64,000 nucleotides of DNA, from IMG/VR virus record IMGVR_UViG_3300025151_000001, positions 28,241-92,240 of that record. One strand, given 5' to 3'. The stretch's first letter is position 1; the number at the start of each line of letters is the position of its first letter. The notes under the pieces are model-generated. The model made no database searches, was not told where the DNA came from, and saw nothing but the letters and a program-made list of their open reading frames with translations. The position numbers and the translations under genes are program-made. This stretch comes from a virus. Shown here one piece after another: positions 1 to 9,169 of this stretch.

Positions 1-97
1 GGATTGGACCAGAACATATTTGTTATCTCAATATTCCAGACCTTCATTATGAAATATTAGTTGACCATAAGGAATACATCGAGGACGGTATGGGCTG

Positions 98-454
98 ATG
101 TTTCAAGATGAACTTATTCAGACTTGGCTTGCTAAGTATGATAACTTAACATCATTTAGTTTTATGGCTTTCTTAAATGTTGATGAGGAACTGCTACAGT
201 TTGTTGCTAAAGGACTACATCTTAGGTTAATGATACTAAATGAGTCTGAGCAATTCGCTATTGTTCATGATAGAGTTGACGAGCAAACTGCAAAGGCATT
301 AGGAACATATCAAGGAACCTCGTTCTCTCTTATTTTTCCCGGAAAAAATAGTGATTTTGAAGATTTAGTTAAAACAACAGTTCTAGAGGGTATGGATTTT
401 CTTAGAATTAAGGTAGAATATCTTGGAATGACGGAGGCATATGATTATGTATAG
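98..454 (+). CDS. hypothetical protein
   Basis: 118-aa ORF coupled to a truncated upstream ORF (TGATG overlap at 96-100); no motif recognised. Confidence 0.6.
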   Translation: MFQDELIQTWLAKYDNLTSFSFMAFLNVDEELLQFVAKGLHLRLMILNESEQFAIVHDRVDEQTAKALGTYQGTSFSLIFPGKNSDFEDLVKTTVLEGMDFLRIKVEYLGMTEAYDYV

Positions 455-842
455 TAAAGATATGCTCACAGGAATTTTATTGTGTGGGTCAAAAATTGAT
501 TTTCATATTGAAAAGAATGAGAAATCTAATATTGGCTATTCAATTAGACTTAGAGTAAATCTAAGAGCAGAACAAGAGTTCCTTCTCGGTGTGCAAAGAA
601 GCCTTTTACAGTTTGATATCAAAAGCACACTTAAAGAACAAGAGAATAAGGCTCGACCAAAACCAATTTTAAAAATTGGTGGGATTAAGAATCTATACCT
701 TCTCACGGAAATGGTGGATAACTTACCCGATGCAAAGGGTGAATGGATTAGATTCAGAGAGGCAGTTGATATTGTCTCTAATAAAGAGCATTTGACTCTT
801 GAAGGAATGGAAAGAATGTTAGAATTAAAAGGAGTGTTATAA
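448..842 (+). CDS. degenerate LAGLIDADG-fold protein
   Basis: LTGILLCGS in place of the LAGLIDADG helix, IGYSIRLRVNL strand, and C-terminal KEHLTLEGMERMLELK typical of single-motif LAGLIDADG endonucleases; acidic catalytic residue absent. Confidence 0.6.
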
Positions 843-1687
843 TGGGACTCACCAATTTAAATAGAAAGCGTGCAATTTTGATTACAGGAAAACCGGGAAC
901 AGGAAAATCAACGAAGGCAAAGACCTTCTGCGAAGACCCTGTTGTTATGTTCGCAAATTCGATAGACACAACCGATATTGGTTCTCTATCAAAGGATAAT
1001 GGAATCATTATTGAAGACGTTCACCACAAGCCAAATAAAGAAGACATTCTATATTTACTTCGGAACTATAAAGGGCAAATTGTCTTGACTTCAATCAATG
1101 AAAAGTCTGTTCCGTCTGAAATCAAAAATATGTGCCAAATTAAAAGAGCCGGGAGTAACAACTACTTGCGTGATGAAGTTATGTCTTTAGCACCAAGAAG
1201 TGAAACTCCTCAAGCGGCTGAAATAGATACATACTCTTTGGTTAGAATGTATCTTAAGGAAACAGATAGAGACAAGGTAGCGAATGCCTTGCTCTTCAAT
1301 AAGCCATCAGATACACAAATCGTTTCATGGCTTGCAGAAAATATGCATCCGAATCGTTTAATTTTTGTTGATGGTGTAGTTAAACGAAGATGGAAGCAAG
1401 ATTACTTCTATCAAATGTTGGCTTATGCTCACGAAGGTAATTCCTTTGGTCGAGTAAATATGCCAAAGCGGAATGCTTATTCTAAAGTTCCGTATATCTG
1501 TCGAAAGTTAGGGGTCAGGAATGAAAAGACTCTTCGACAGTTGCTCAAAGACCCTGAATTTTCTGCTTGGGCAGGAAAGAAACTCAACAACACCGAGCGT
1601 CGAATTATCGGTATCGCTGATAAGAAACGCCGTAAAAAGACGGACCCTGTTGTTTATGACGTGGGAACTCTTGACCAATTTATGTGA
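842..1687 (+). CDS. rfcL: clamp loader (RFC) large-subunit-like AAA+ ATPase
   Basis: Walker A GKPGTGKS, Walker B IIIEDV, SWLAEN segment, C-terminal PIP-like TLDQFM; next to RFC small subunit. Confidence 0.7.
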   Translation: MGLTNLNRKRAILITGKPGTGKSTKAKTFCEDPVVMFANSIDTTDIGSLSKDNGIIIEDVHHKPNKEDILYLLRNYKGQIVLTSINEKSVPSEIKNMCQIKRAGSNNYLRDEVMSLAPRSETPQAAEIDTYSLVRMYLKETDRDKVANALLFNKPSDTQIVSWLAENMHPNRLIFVDGVVKRRWKQDYFYQMLAYAHEGNSFGRVNMPKRNAYSKVPYICRKLGVRNEKTLRQLLKDPEFSAWAGKKLNNTERRIIGIADKKRRKKTDPVVYDVGTLDQFM

Positions 1688-1691
1688 TAAT

Positions 1692-1952
1692 ATGAAACCA
1701 AAAAACAAAAGAATCATTGATGGTTGTGTAGAAATTATTCTTGAAGTAGGAAGACCGCTACCAACCAGAACCTTAACTGAGATGTTACAGGATAGAATGC
1801 CTAGGCATTGGCTTCCTGCAAATTCTCGAACAACTGCTAATATCTTATCTAAATGTGATAAGGAAAGAAAACTAAAACTAGTCCCTGTGGATATCAACAG
1901 ACCAAAGAATAGAGACTATCTTTGGACTGTTAGAGATGAATGGAGGAATTAA
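1692..1952 (+). CDS. small winged-helix-like DNA-binding protein
   Basis: Likely start ATG 1692 (MKPKNKR...); GRPLPTRTLTEML HTH-like pattern. Confidence 0.5.
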   Translation: MKPKNKRIIDGCVEIILEVGRPLPTRTLTEMLQDRMPRHWLPANSRTTANILSKCDKERKLKLVPVDINRPKNRDYLWTVRDEWRN

Positions 1953-1953
1953 A

Positions 1954-2862
1954 ATGCTATGGACAGAAAAATATAGACCAAGTAAAATCAGCGAAGTGAT
2001 TGGACAAGAACACTTCACAATGGACGCATCAACATGGGTTGAAGAAAGGAATATGCCTAACGTTCTTCTATACGGTAATCCCGGTAATGGAAAAACTGCT
2101 GCGGGTATTGCTCTCGGCAAGTCTATTCTCAAAGAAGCCTTTGATGATAACTTCGTTGAAGTGAATGCATCCGATGACCGACGGTTAGAAACAGTCAGAA
2201 CAACAATCAAAACTATTGCACAAAGCGGAACAATTGGTGAAGTTCCTTTCCGCATCATGCTTCTAGATGAAATGGACGGAATGACTTCTGATGCTCAGAA
2301 TGCACTAAAGCGAATTATGGAAAGATATTCATCTAACATTCGTTTCATCATTACATGTAACGACAGAAACAAGATTATCTTTGCTCTTCAAAGCCGATGT
2401 GCAAACTACTATTTTAGGCCATTGACTAATGAAGTCATCCTTGAAGTAATACAGAAAATCCTTCAGGCTGAAGGAGTCGAGCGATTTTCTCAGGATGAAT
2501 TAGTCACCTTTATATCCTCGGCGTCCCTCGACTTAAGGAGGGTCATTACCGAAGTGCAGGCAGCAAAGTCTAGCAATACTTCCCTCAAGAAACAAATTGA
2601 AATTGGGCTTGAAGACTTCTCTAAAGGCTTAGATATTCTAATCAACAATAAAAATTCAGCAATTGCTTACTTTCATAAGATGCTTGTTGACGGTAGGTCA
2701 GTAAAAGAAATCTGTATTGGAATGCACGATGCGGTAATCAATTCAGAAGGATTAGATGCGAAAATTAAATTCAAGTTCTTAAGAACAATTGGCGAAACAG
2801 AATGGCGGTCCACAACTATGACTCCGAAGGTATTACTTTCGTGGATGGTTGGACAACTTTGA
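1954..2862 (+). CDS. rfcS: replication factor C small subunit
   Basis: WTEKYRP, GNPGNGKT, EVNASDDR, LLDEMD, AQNALKRIME, LQSRC motifs. Confidence 0.95.
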   Translation: MLWTEKYRPSKISEVIGQEHFTMDASTWVEERNMPNVLLYGNPGNGKTAAGIALGKSILKEAFDDNFVEVNASDDRRLETVRTTIKTIAQSGTIGEVPFRIMLLDEMDGMTSDAQNALKRIMERYSSNIRFIITCNDRNKIIFALQSRCANYYFRPLTNEVILEVIQKILQAEGVERFSQDELVTFISSASLDLRRVITEVQAAKSSNTSLKKQIEIGLEDFSKGLDILINNKNSAIAYFHKMLVDGRSVKEICIGMHDAVINSEGLDAKIKFKFLRTIGETEWRSTTMTPKVLLSWMVGQL

Positions 2863-2883
2863 AAAAATAAGAAGTGATTAAAA

Positions 2884-4092
2884 ATGCAAGAAGATATGAA
2901 AAATGAAATCGGGAAGTCCCTTCAATACATTGGGATGACTCAAGAAGAAGCAGAACAAAAGTATGGAGAAATCTGTGCTGAGAATGGTTTGGAAATTACC
3001 GATGCTTTCGGTAAAGCCCTTTGGCGCTCATTTGTGGCGCAACATCGCCGTTCTCAGAACAGACCCTCAACCGATAGTGGAAGCCTAACAAAAAAGGTAT
3101 TTGGGTTCTTCATGGCTTTAGATGCACCCCGCGATATGATGGCTTGGCGTCGTCGTCGTGCCGGTGAAGAATACCGGCGTGATTCAGACAATGCTCTAGA
3201 AAGCGGCATCGTTGCGGTTGCTACGCAGAATGCTCTTGGAAAGTGGGTTGTTTCCCGCTATCATAAGGGCGAATACCAAGAGAAGACTGTAAGTGGTCTT
3301 CCGAATGGCGCTGAAGAAGGAGAAGATGGTTCCTATTACATCCCACTTGATGATACGGAACGATACGGAAACGGTGGAGAAAATAAGGGATATGGCAAGC
3401 CTCTCCCTGTTGAACAATTCCGCCGTCAAGGTCTTTTCTATGGTTCGGTTGAAGGTAAGGAAGGAATGGCTCTTTATCCATTCTCTTATAAGAATCAACC
3501 TGCCGTGGAGTTTGAACCTAACACCTTTGAATGGGTTCACTTCCTAGCAATTCCGAACGATAACGGTAATCTTTACGGCATGACCGATGTAACAAAGGCT
3601 AGCCTTGTTTTGAATTCGGCTCTTGACCCTGAAAATAGCGACCATAGGAACATGGATAGTTTCGACTTTGAGAACCTTCTCATTAATGAAATGTCGAGTC
3701 ATATTGTTCCTCTCGTTGAAATTGACCGAGCGCACGTTGAAAGGCAATCCCTTCCATATAACGAGCGTTTCATCGTAACTGATGGTGTGGTCTGCAACAT
3801 GAACATGACTCCAACCTCTAACGGAAACCGAATCCTAAACATCACAGACTTGAATGCTGAGTTTGACTATGATGAAGGAAGCGGTGTAGTTACCTGTTGG
3901 ATTCCTGCACATATCGAAATTGATTTCGGTATTGGTTCATCTGTTATCGTTATTGGTAATACCTCTCAACGCTCAGTTGACGGGGAATCTGAACCTGCAA
4001 CTATTAACACAACCGGACTTTATGTCCTTGACCGAAAGGGTTCAGCCGTTGAGGTGACTCAAGCGGTTGAAGAGGACTACGATTGGTTCTGA
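2884..4092 (+). CDS. RPA-like OB-fold ssDNA-binding protein
   Basis: C-terminal OB-fold-like beta pattern, acidic/aromatic tail EEDYDWF, position in the replication operon. Confidence 0.55.
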   Translation: MQEDMKNEIGKSLQYIGMTQEEAEQKYGEICAENGLEITDAFGKALWRSFVAQHRRSQNRPSTDSGSLTKKVFGFFMALDAPRDMMAWRRRRAGEEYRRDSDNALESGIVAVATQNALGKWVVSRYHKGEYQEKTVSGLPNGAEEGEDGSYYIPLDDTERYGNGGENKGYGKPLPVEQFRRQGLFYGSVEGKEGMALYPFSYKNQPAVEFEPNTFEWVHFLAIPNDNGNLYGMTDVTKASLVLNSALDPENSDHRNMDSFDFENLLINEMSSHIVPLVEIDRAHVERQSLPYNERFIVTDGVVCNMNMTPTSNGNRILNITDLNAEFDYDEGSGVVTCWIPAHIEIDFGIGSSVIVIGNTSQRSVDGESEPATINTTGLYVLDRKGSAVEVTQAVEEDYDWF

Positions 4093-4100
4093 ATTAAACT

Positions 4101-4149
4101 ACCGTGTAAGCGTGGCGGTCGAATGACGCTCAATAGGGTGCAAAGCCCT
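4101..4149 (+). other. GC-rich structured intergenic element (two hairpins)
   Basis: AGCGT/ACGCT stem (4109-4130) and AGGG-TGCAAAG-CCCT stem (4135-4149) with a T-loop/GNRA-like loop. Confidence 0.4.
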
Positions 4150-4169
4150 TTCCCGTTGGGGGTTTAAAT

Positions 4170-4433
4170 ATGTTAAAACAAAATAGATACTTTTTACTAG
4201 AAAACAATTATGTGATTGATTTAATCAATGTTGACTTTATCACATTCAAAGAAAACGAAAAGAAAAACGGCGAATATTGGCTCAAGTTTCATCTTGGTTC
4301 AAAAGAATGTCGTTATAAGGCTGATGGACAAGACGAAGTTGCTAAGATTTTGCGAGTTTGGTCAAATGTTCACGGCCAAGAACTGAATTTAGAAGAATAT
4401 GAAATTGGTGGTTTCAATGGGTCTAACGTCTAA
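4170..4433 (+). CDS. small hypothetical beta-rich protein
   Basis: 87-aa ORF overlapping the next gene; no family recognised. Confidence 0.6.
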   Translation: MLKQNRYFLLENNYVIDLINVDFITFKENEKKNGEYWLKFHLGSKECRYKADGQDEVAKILRVWSNVHGQELNLEEYEIGGFNGSNV

Positions 4434-5238
4434 GCAAGGAACTACGGCAGCAAGTAACGAAACTCAGAACAATTCTAGACTTATTGCCTTCAAGCAAAAA
4501 CTTCAAGCGCAAACCGAGCGCCGTCTAGAGCGTAACAATCGCTTGGTTCTTGGTATTTGGGGTGAACCTAAAACTGTTAAGTCGGGTCTTGCTCTAGATT
4601 TCCCAGATAAGAAAATTTATGTGCTTGATTGGGATGACGGCTGCGAACCGACATGGCGTCAGAATCATGAATGCACCGATAGGATTACGCTCTGGAATCC
4701 ACAAGTTCTGAATGATAAAGGCGAAGCAGACATTACCGCTTCTGAGAGAAATTCAGAAGACTTTATTCTTTTTGTGCAAGAAAGGATTGCAGATGGCGAA
4801 GATGTTTTATTTGTGTTCGATGGTGTAGATAAATGGTTAGACATTTGCACTTTGCACGTTACAGGTTCTTCAAAGATTGGAAAGCCACAGAAGATGAAGT
4901 TTGAATGGGGTAAGCGTAACGCTCCCTTTTATGCTCTCTTGAAGATGTGTAAAACTTTAGATTGTGACCAAGTGTATATTACACACGCCAAGGCTGATTA
5001 TGGTTCAACAGGTGAAGTCGTTGGTCAGAAGCCAAATTGGCACAATTGGGGAGATGCTCTTTTCCAAGTCATTAGCACAAAGCAAACAAAGAAACAGGGC
5101 AATACCATTTATAAGGCAACTCTAACTGCCTCTAAAACAAATACAGAACTAGTCGGTAAGACTTGGGAAACTCTAACTGTTGGACCCAATATGGTCAAAT
5201 GGGAAGGAATCCCCGAACTACGCAAAGGCAAGGTTTGA
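4417..5238 (+). CDS. RecA-superfamily ATPase (Sak4/AAA_24/RadA-like)
   Basis: Variant Walker A GEPKTVKS, VLDWDDG, Walker B FVFDGVD, YITHAK; start after GGTGG. Confidence 0.7.
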   Translation: MGLTSKQGTTAASNETQNNSRLIAFKQKLQAQTERRLERNNRLVLGIWGEPKTVKSGLALDFPDKKIYVLDWDDGCEPTWRQNHECTDRITLWNPQVLNDKGEADITASERNSEDFILFVQERIADGEDVLFVFDGVDKWLDICTLHVTGSSKIGKPQKMKFEWGKRNAPFYALLKMCKTLDCDQVYITHAKADYGSTGEVVGQKPNWHNWGDALFQVISTKQTKKQGNTIYKATLTASKTNTELVGKTWETLTVGPNMVKWEGIPELRKGKV

Positions 5239-5243
5239 GAAAT

Positions 5244-6011
5244 ATGAAATTTAATATTAATACGAATACATTCAAAGAAGCACTAGAAAGCATTCAAGTA
5301 AAAGGCAAATACGTCAAAAAGGGTGGCCTATCATCCGGTAGTCTTGATGATATCTTTTATATGAAAGGTGAAGAAAATCAATTGCAACTTTGGTCAGGTA
5401 ATAATACCTTCGTTGTGAACATCGTTCTTGATGTTGAGATAGAAGAAGAGGGAGGCTTTATTTGCAGGTCTTCGTCTATCTTACCTTATTTGAAGAAGTT
5501 TGGGGAAGAAGTAACTGTTGAAACAGGTGACTTTATGACCCTTTCATCGGGGACTCGTAAGGCTTCTATTCCAAGAGTAGTTGAATGGTCTAATATTCAA
5601 GTAATTACCCGTCTTGGTCCTAGACTGTCTGAAATGCCAACTGTTTTAGACCCTGAAAATATTCCAACTATGGGCAAAGCAAAGTTTGAAGGAGCATTCA
5701 TTATTTCTAATGAAACTCTTTCAGATGTTATTTCTGGTTGCGAACTTGTTAAATCGGGTGTATATAAAATTGACGCAAAGAAAGATACACTAACCTTTTC
5801 TAGCGAAGATGGAATCAACAACAATTATACTGAGGAAATTACACCAATGCTTCGTGTTGGTGATGAAGCAACCGTTGAATTTTCTGGTCCGCTTCACAAA
5901 TTCTTCAAAAAAGACCAAGTTCTAACCTTTTATGTTTTAGATGATGCACCTATTGTTATCATTTCTGACGATAGGAGGTTAGTTAAGGCTCCCTATGTCG
6001 GAGGCGTATGA
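5244..6011 (+). CDS. pcn: DNA sliding clamp (PCNA-like)
   Basis: ~255 aa, MKFNINTNTFKEAL start, ends DAPIVII...LVKAP; immediately upstream of PolB. Confidence 0.75.
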   Translation: MKFNINTNTFKEALESIQVKGKYVKKGGLSSGSLDDIFYMKGEENQLQLWSGNNTFVVNIVLDVEIEEEGGFICRSSSILPYLKKFGEEVTVETGDFMTLSSGTRKASIPRVVEWSNIQVITRLGPRLSEMPTVLDPENIPTMGKAKFEGAFIISNETLSDVISGCELVKSGVYKIDAKKDTLTFSSEDGINNNYTEEITPMLRVGDEATVEFSGPLHKFFKKDQVLTFYVLDDAPIVIISDDRRLVKAPYVGGV

Positions 6012-7679
6012 ATGATTATTAGCAAACTAAATACAGGAAGGCATATTTTTAAATCATGGAGAGAGAATGGAGAAAAGAAAACTGAAGTTGTGGAGTTTAA
6101 TCCTTATTTCTATATCCGTAAGGACCATCCCGAAATCGCTGAGTATAAGCCTTCAGCATATACCGAAAGGCGATTTAAATATAAAGAAACTGATGCAGTA
6201 ACTTTGGACGGTCTTCCTCTAAAGAAGGTATTTGTTGATAAATCTGAAGATATTAGAGAAGCAAAGAAGCGTTTCTCTGAGACTTGGGAAGCAGATGTTC
6301 CTTTTCATTTCCGTTATTGTGTTGATGAACTAACCGAACTCCCAGAATATAAACTGCGAAAGTGGTATTGGGATATGGAATGGATGCCTAGTGGAAAATA
6401 CAAGGATGCAATTACTGCGATTAGTCTCTATGATAACTTTAGTGAAACGTTTTATCTTTGGACTTGGTTCCCCGAACACCCTCCTAAATTTTCAGCAAAC
6501 CCTGAAATTGAAGGCTACGGAAACGACATGAGAATCTTCTCTTCGGAGAAAGAGATGATTGAAAGTTTTGTTAATGAATTGAATACTCAAGACCCTGATA
6601 TGCTTATTGCTTGGTTTGGTCTAAAGTTCGATTTGCCGGTATTGCTGAAGCGTATGTGTGCAAATGGGTTGAACCCTAACCTTCTAAGTCCTGTCTTCGC
6701 CGTTGATGGCATTAAGAAGACTAAGGATGGCTTCACTTACATTAAGGGAGACAATGGCTTCTCACCGATTTCTCAGCCCATCAAGGGCCGCATAACCCTT
6801 AACTTAGACCTTGCTTTTGAGCGACAATGGAACGATTCTCAGCGAGGGACGCTGCCTTCTCTCTCATTAGATTATGTTTCTAACACTTTGTTTGGAGAAG
6901 GCAAATCTTGGGAATCTAAGTTTGAAGGTGACGATTTCTATAATCGTGGGTGGCTTGAAGATACATACCATTATCTGCAATATGCTTTAGTTGACGTTGA
7001 AATCCTTAGAAAAATTGATGAAACTAACTTTACTAGTGAGGCTATTATTTCTCTTCAAAGACTTCTAGTTGCTCCCTTTGATGCTTGTTTTTATGCATCA
7101 CACATGGGTTCAATTTACTTTATGCGTAATGCTTGGTGGAAAGCACCAACAGGCCTAAAGCCCGAAGAACGTGAACAATACGAAGGTGCTATGATTTATG
7201 ACCCGACTTCTGAAGGAACAAATGGTCTTCATCTAAATGTAGCAGCATTTGACTTCGCAGGTCTATATCCATCAATGATGATTGCAAGAAACATTTCTTG
7301 GGAAACTAAGTCAGTAGAACCTACTGAATTTGCAGTTGATTTACTTACTCCTAGAGATTTCTCAGAAATGTCTGAATCAAACTATAGGTTTTATAAAACT
7401 GATAAACTCGGCCTATTGCCTCAATCTGTCCTTACGCTTAAGAACCTACGAAATGAATATAAGCGACGGATGCGTGAGGCCCGTGAAGAAGGGAATGACG
7501 AAGATTATACGAAGTGGTATAACAATCAAATGGCTGTAAAGCGATTAATGGCTTCTTTTTACGGCATTGTTGCCTTCCAAGGTTTTGGTTGGGCAGATGT
7601 AGAATTAGCCGCTTCTATTACTGCTTCAGCAAGAGAAGCAATTCGTGAAGCAGCATTTGTAGCAAAGGAGATGAAATAA
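6012..7679 (+). CDS. polB: family B DNA polymerase, N-terminal part (exonuclease, motifs A and B)
   Basis: ExoI WDME, ExoII FDLP, ExoIII YALVD, motif A FDFAGLYPS, motif B KRLMASFYG; stops just before motif C. Confidence 0.95.
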   Translation: MIISKLNTGRHIFKSWRENGEKKTEVVEFNPYFYIRKDHPEIAEYKPSAYTERRFKYKETDAVTLDGLPLKKVFVDKSEDIREAKKRFSETWEADVPFHFRYCVDELTELPEYKLRKWYWDMEWMPSGKYKDAITAISLYDNFSETFYLWTWFPEHPPKFSANPEIEGYGNDMRIFSSEKEMIESFVNELNTQDPDMLIAWFGLKFDLPVLLKRMCANGLNPNLLSPVFAVDGIKKTKDGFTYIKGDNGFSPISQPIKGRITLNLDLAFERQWNDSQRGTLPSLSLDYVSNTLFGEGKSWESKFEGDDFYNRGWLEDTYHYLQYALVDVEILRKIDETNFTSEAIISLQRLLVAPFDACFYASHMGSIYFMRNAWWKAPTGLKPEEREQYEGAMIYDPTSEGTNGLHLNVAAFDFAGLYPSMMIARNISWETKSVEPTEFAVDLLTPRDFSEMSESNYRFYKTDKLGLLPQSVLTLKNLRNEYKRRMREAREEGNDEDYTKWYNNQMAVKRLMASFYGIVAFQGFGWADVELAASITASAREAIREAAFVAKEMK

Positions 7680-7880
7680 ATGGTAAAACCAATTAAACAA
7701 AGAATTGAAGAAGTAATTGACTCTTATAACTCAGGTGAGACATTTTTCACAAGAGATTTCAAAGGAAGAGCATACGATAGTATGGGTAAATATACACCCT
7801 GTAACAACTCTATTGGACTTCGATTAAAGGCAAGTCCAAAAGTAATTCGTATTGGAAAACAAACATGGAGGCGAATTTGA
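7680..7880 (+). CDS. small HTH-like protein inserted in the polB split
   Basis: 66-aa ORF starting right after the polB-N stop. Confidence 0.6.
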   Translation: MVKPIKQRIEEVIDSYNSGETFFTRDFKGRAYDSMGKYTPCNNSIGLRLKASPKVIRIGKQTWRRI

Positions 7881-8095
7881 TGAAACTAGATAACAAAAGC
7901 AGACTTAATTTATTAGAAGACAAGATTGAACAACTAACGCAGAGGATTAATCATCTTGAAGATGAAAGAGAAGAACTCTTTGCTATTGTGAAAGAAGTAA
8001 TGGCCTTGCGTAGTGCAGTAACAGAAATGCAACAATTGCATGAAGCACCCGCTATGAAATTTATACACTACTCAGAAAAGGGGTGGTGGAAGTGA
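7880..8095 (+). CDS. small coiled-coil protein inserted in the polB split
   Basis: Heptad pattern LEDKIEQLTQRINHLEDE; GGAGG upstream. Confidence 0.6.
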   Translation: MKLDNKSRLNLLEDKIEQLTQRINHLEDEREELFAIVKEVMALRSAVTEMQQLHEAPAMKFIHYSEKGWWK

Positions 8096-8283
8096 ACCCA
8101 TCAAATAGTGCTATTTTGGCTATGATGGAGAGACTCAAAAGATTAGAAAGGTTAGTTGATAACCTACCTGATAGCATTTGTCGTTGTTGCGGTGAATCAA
8201 TGTGGACTACAGATGGTGTGGACTATATGTGCGTATCTTGTGAAGAAACATTTACTTGCGATTGGTGTGGTGAAGAAGAATGA
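8092..8283 (+). CDS. small Cys-rich Zn-finger protein inserted in the polB split
   Basis: CRCC...CVSC...CDWC; ATGA overlap with polB-C. Confidence 0.6.
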   Translation: MNPSNSAILAMMERLKRLERLVDNLPDSICRCCGESMWTTDGVDYMCVSCEETFTCDWCGEEE

Positions 8284-9167
8284 AGGTAGTTTATGGTCAC
8301 ACAGATTCAATCTATGTCCAGATTGATGATATAGACCAAGCCTTAGAAACCGTAAAGAAGATTGAAAATGTCGTCAGGAAGAAGTTCCCGAATGTTCTCG
8401 GACTTGAAGAACATCCCGTTGCATTGGAGTTTGAAAAGTATTATTCAGCATTGGGTGTCGGTATTACGAAAAACAGAAACGCAGGAATGATTACATGGGA
8501 AGATGGTGTTCATCTAGATAAGCCCAAATTCACCATGACGGGTTTTACTGCAAAACGAGTAAGTGAAACTAAACTTGCTAAGGAAGTGCAAACAAAAGTG
8601 CTTAAAATGTGGGTTGAACAAAAAACTCAGGGGGAAATCAACAATTACCTGTATGAAACTTACTCCTCCGTAAGAAATGGCGAAGTTCCTATGCGTTCAA
8701 TCGTAAAACGTAGTCGTTTGAGGGAGGACCGCTTTATGCTGAAGTGTCCCGAATGCAAGCGACACCATGAAATGCGTTCAGCGATTCGCATGAAGTGGTG
8801 TGACCGTTGCGGGAAGGATTCAAAGGATTTTGTGACGCTTCAGTATAAGCGACCTTCAATTTCTTCAGGAATTGCGGGAGTTCTCTATGCTTGGGAGCAT
8901 CTAGGGACAAAATTCGAAGATTCTTACCTCTATCTAAGAGTTGACGCACCCGGAAAGACCTTTACTCATCCTCTCACTAAAGAACAAAGGCAAGTTGACT
9001 ATATTTCTGCATCATCTTATGATGAATTCGATAATTGGACTCCTGATTATGAGCATTATGCAGAACAGGTCATTAAAAAGGCAGAACCTATCTATCGTGC
9101 TATGGGTTGGGAAACTTCTAGCATCAGAACAAACAGAATCCAACTAAAATTAGAAGAATGGTGGTAA
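8280..9167 (+). CDS. polB: family B DNA polymerase, C-terminal part (motif C, thumb, Zn-ribbon insert, PIP box)
   Basis: YGHTDS, LEFEK, KNRNAG, CPEC...CDRC, C-terminal QLKLEEWW. Confidence 0.92.
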   Translation: MKVVYGHTDSIYVQIDDIDQALETVKKIENVVRKKFPNVLGLEEHPVALEFEKYYSALGVGITKNRNAGMITWEDGVHLDKPKFTMTGFTAKRVSETKLAKEVQTKVLKMWVEQKTQGEINNYLYETYSSVRNGEVPMRSIVKRSRLREDRFMLKCPECKRHHEMRSAIRMKWCDRCGKDSKDFVTLQYKRPSISSGIAGVLYAWEHLGTKFEDSYLYLRVDAPGKTFTHPLTKEQRQVDYISASSYDEFDNWTPDYEHYAEQVIKKAEPIYRAMGWETSSIRTNRIQLKLEEWW

Positions 9168-9169
9168 AT

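Noticed and set aside
4101-4155. tRNA gene
   Set aside because: A T-loop-like hairpin is present, but I could not form an acceptor stem and anticodon arm.
7680-8283. Intein or self-splicing intron in polB
   Set aside because: In-frame stop, no intein C/S...HN termini, no endonuclease; the gap is filled by three coupled ORFs.
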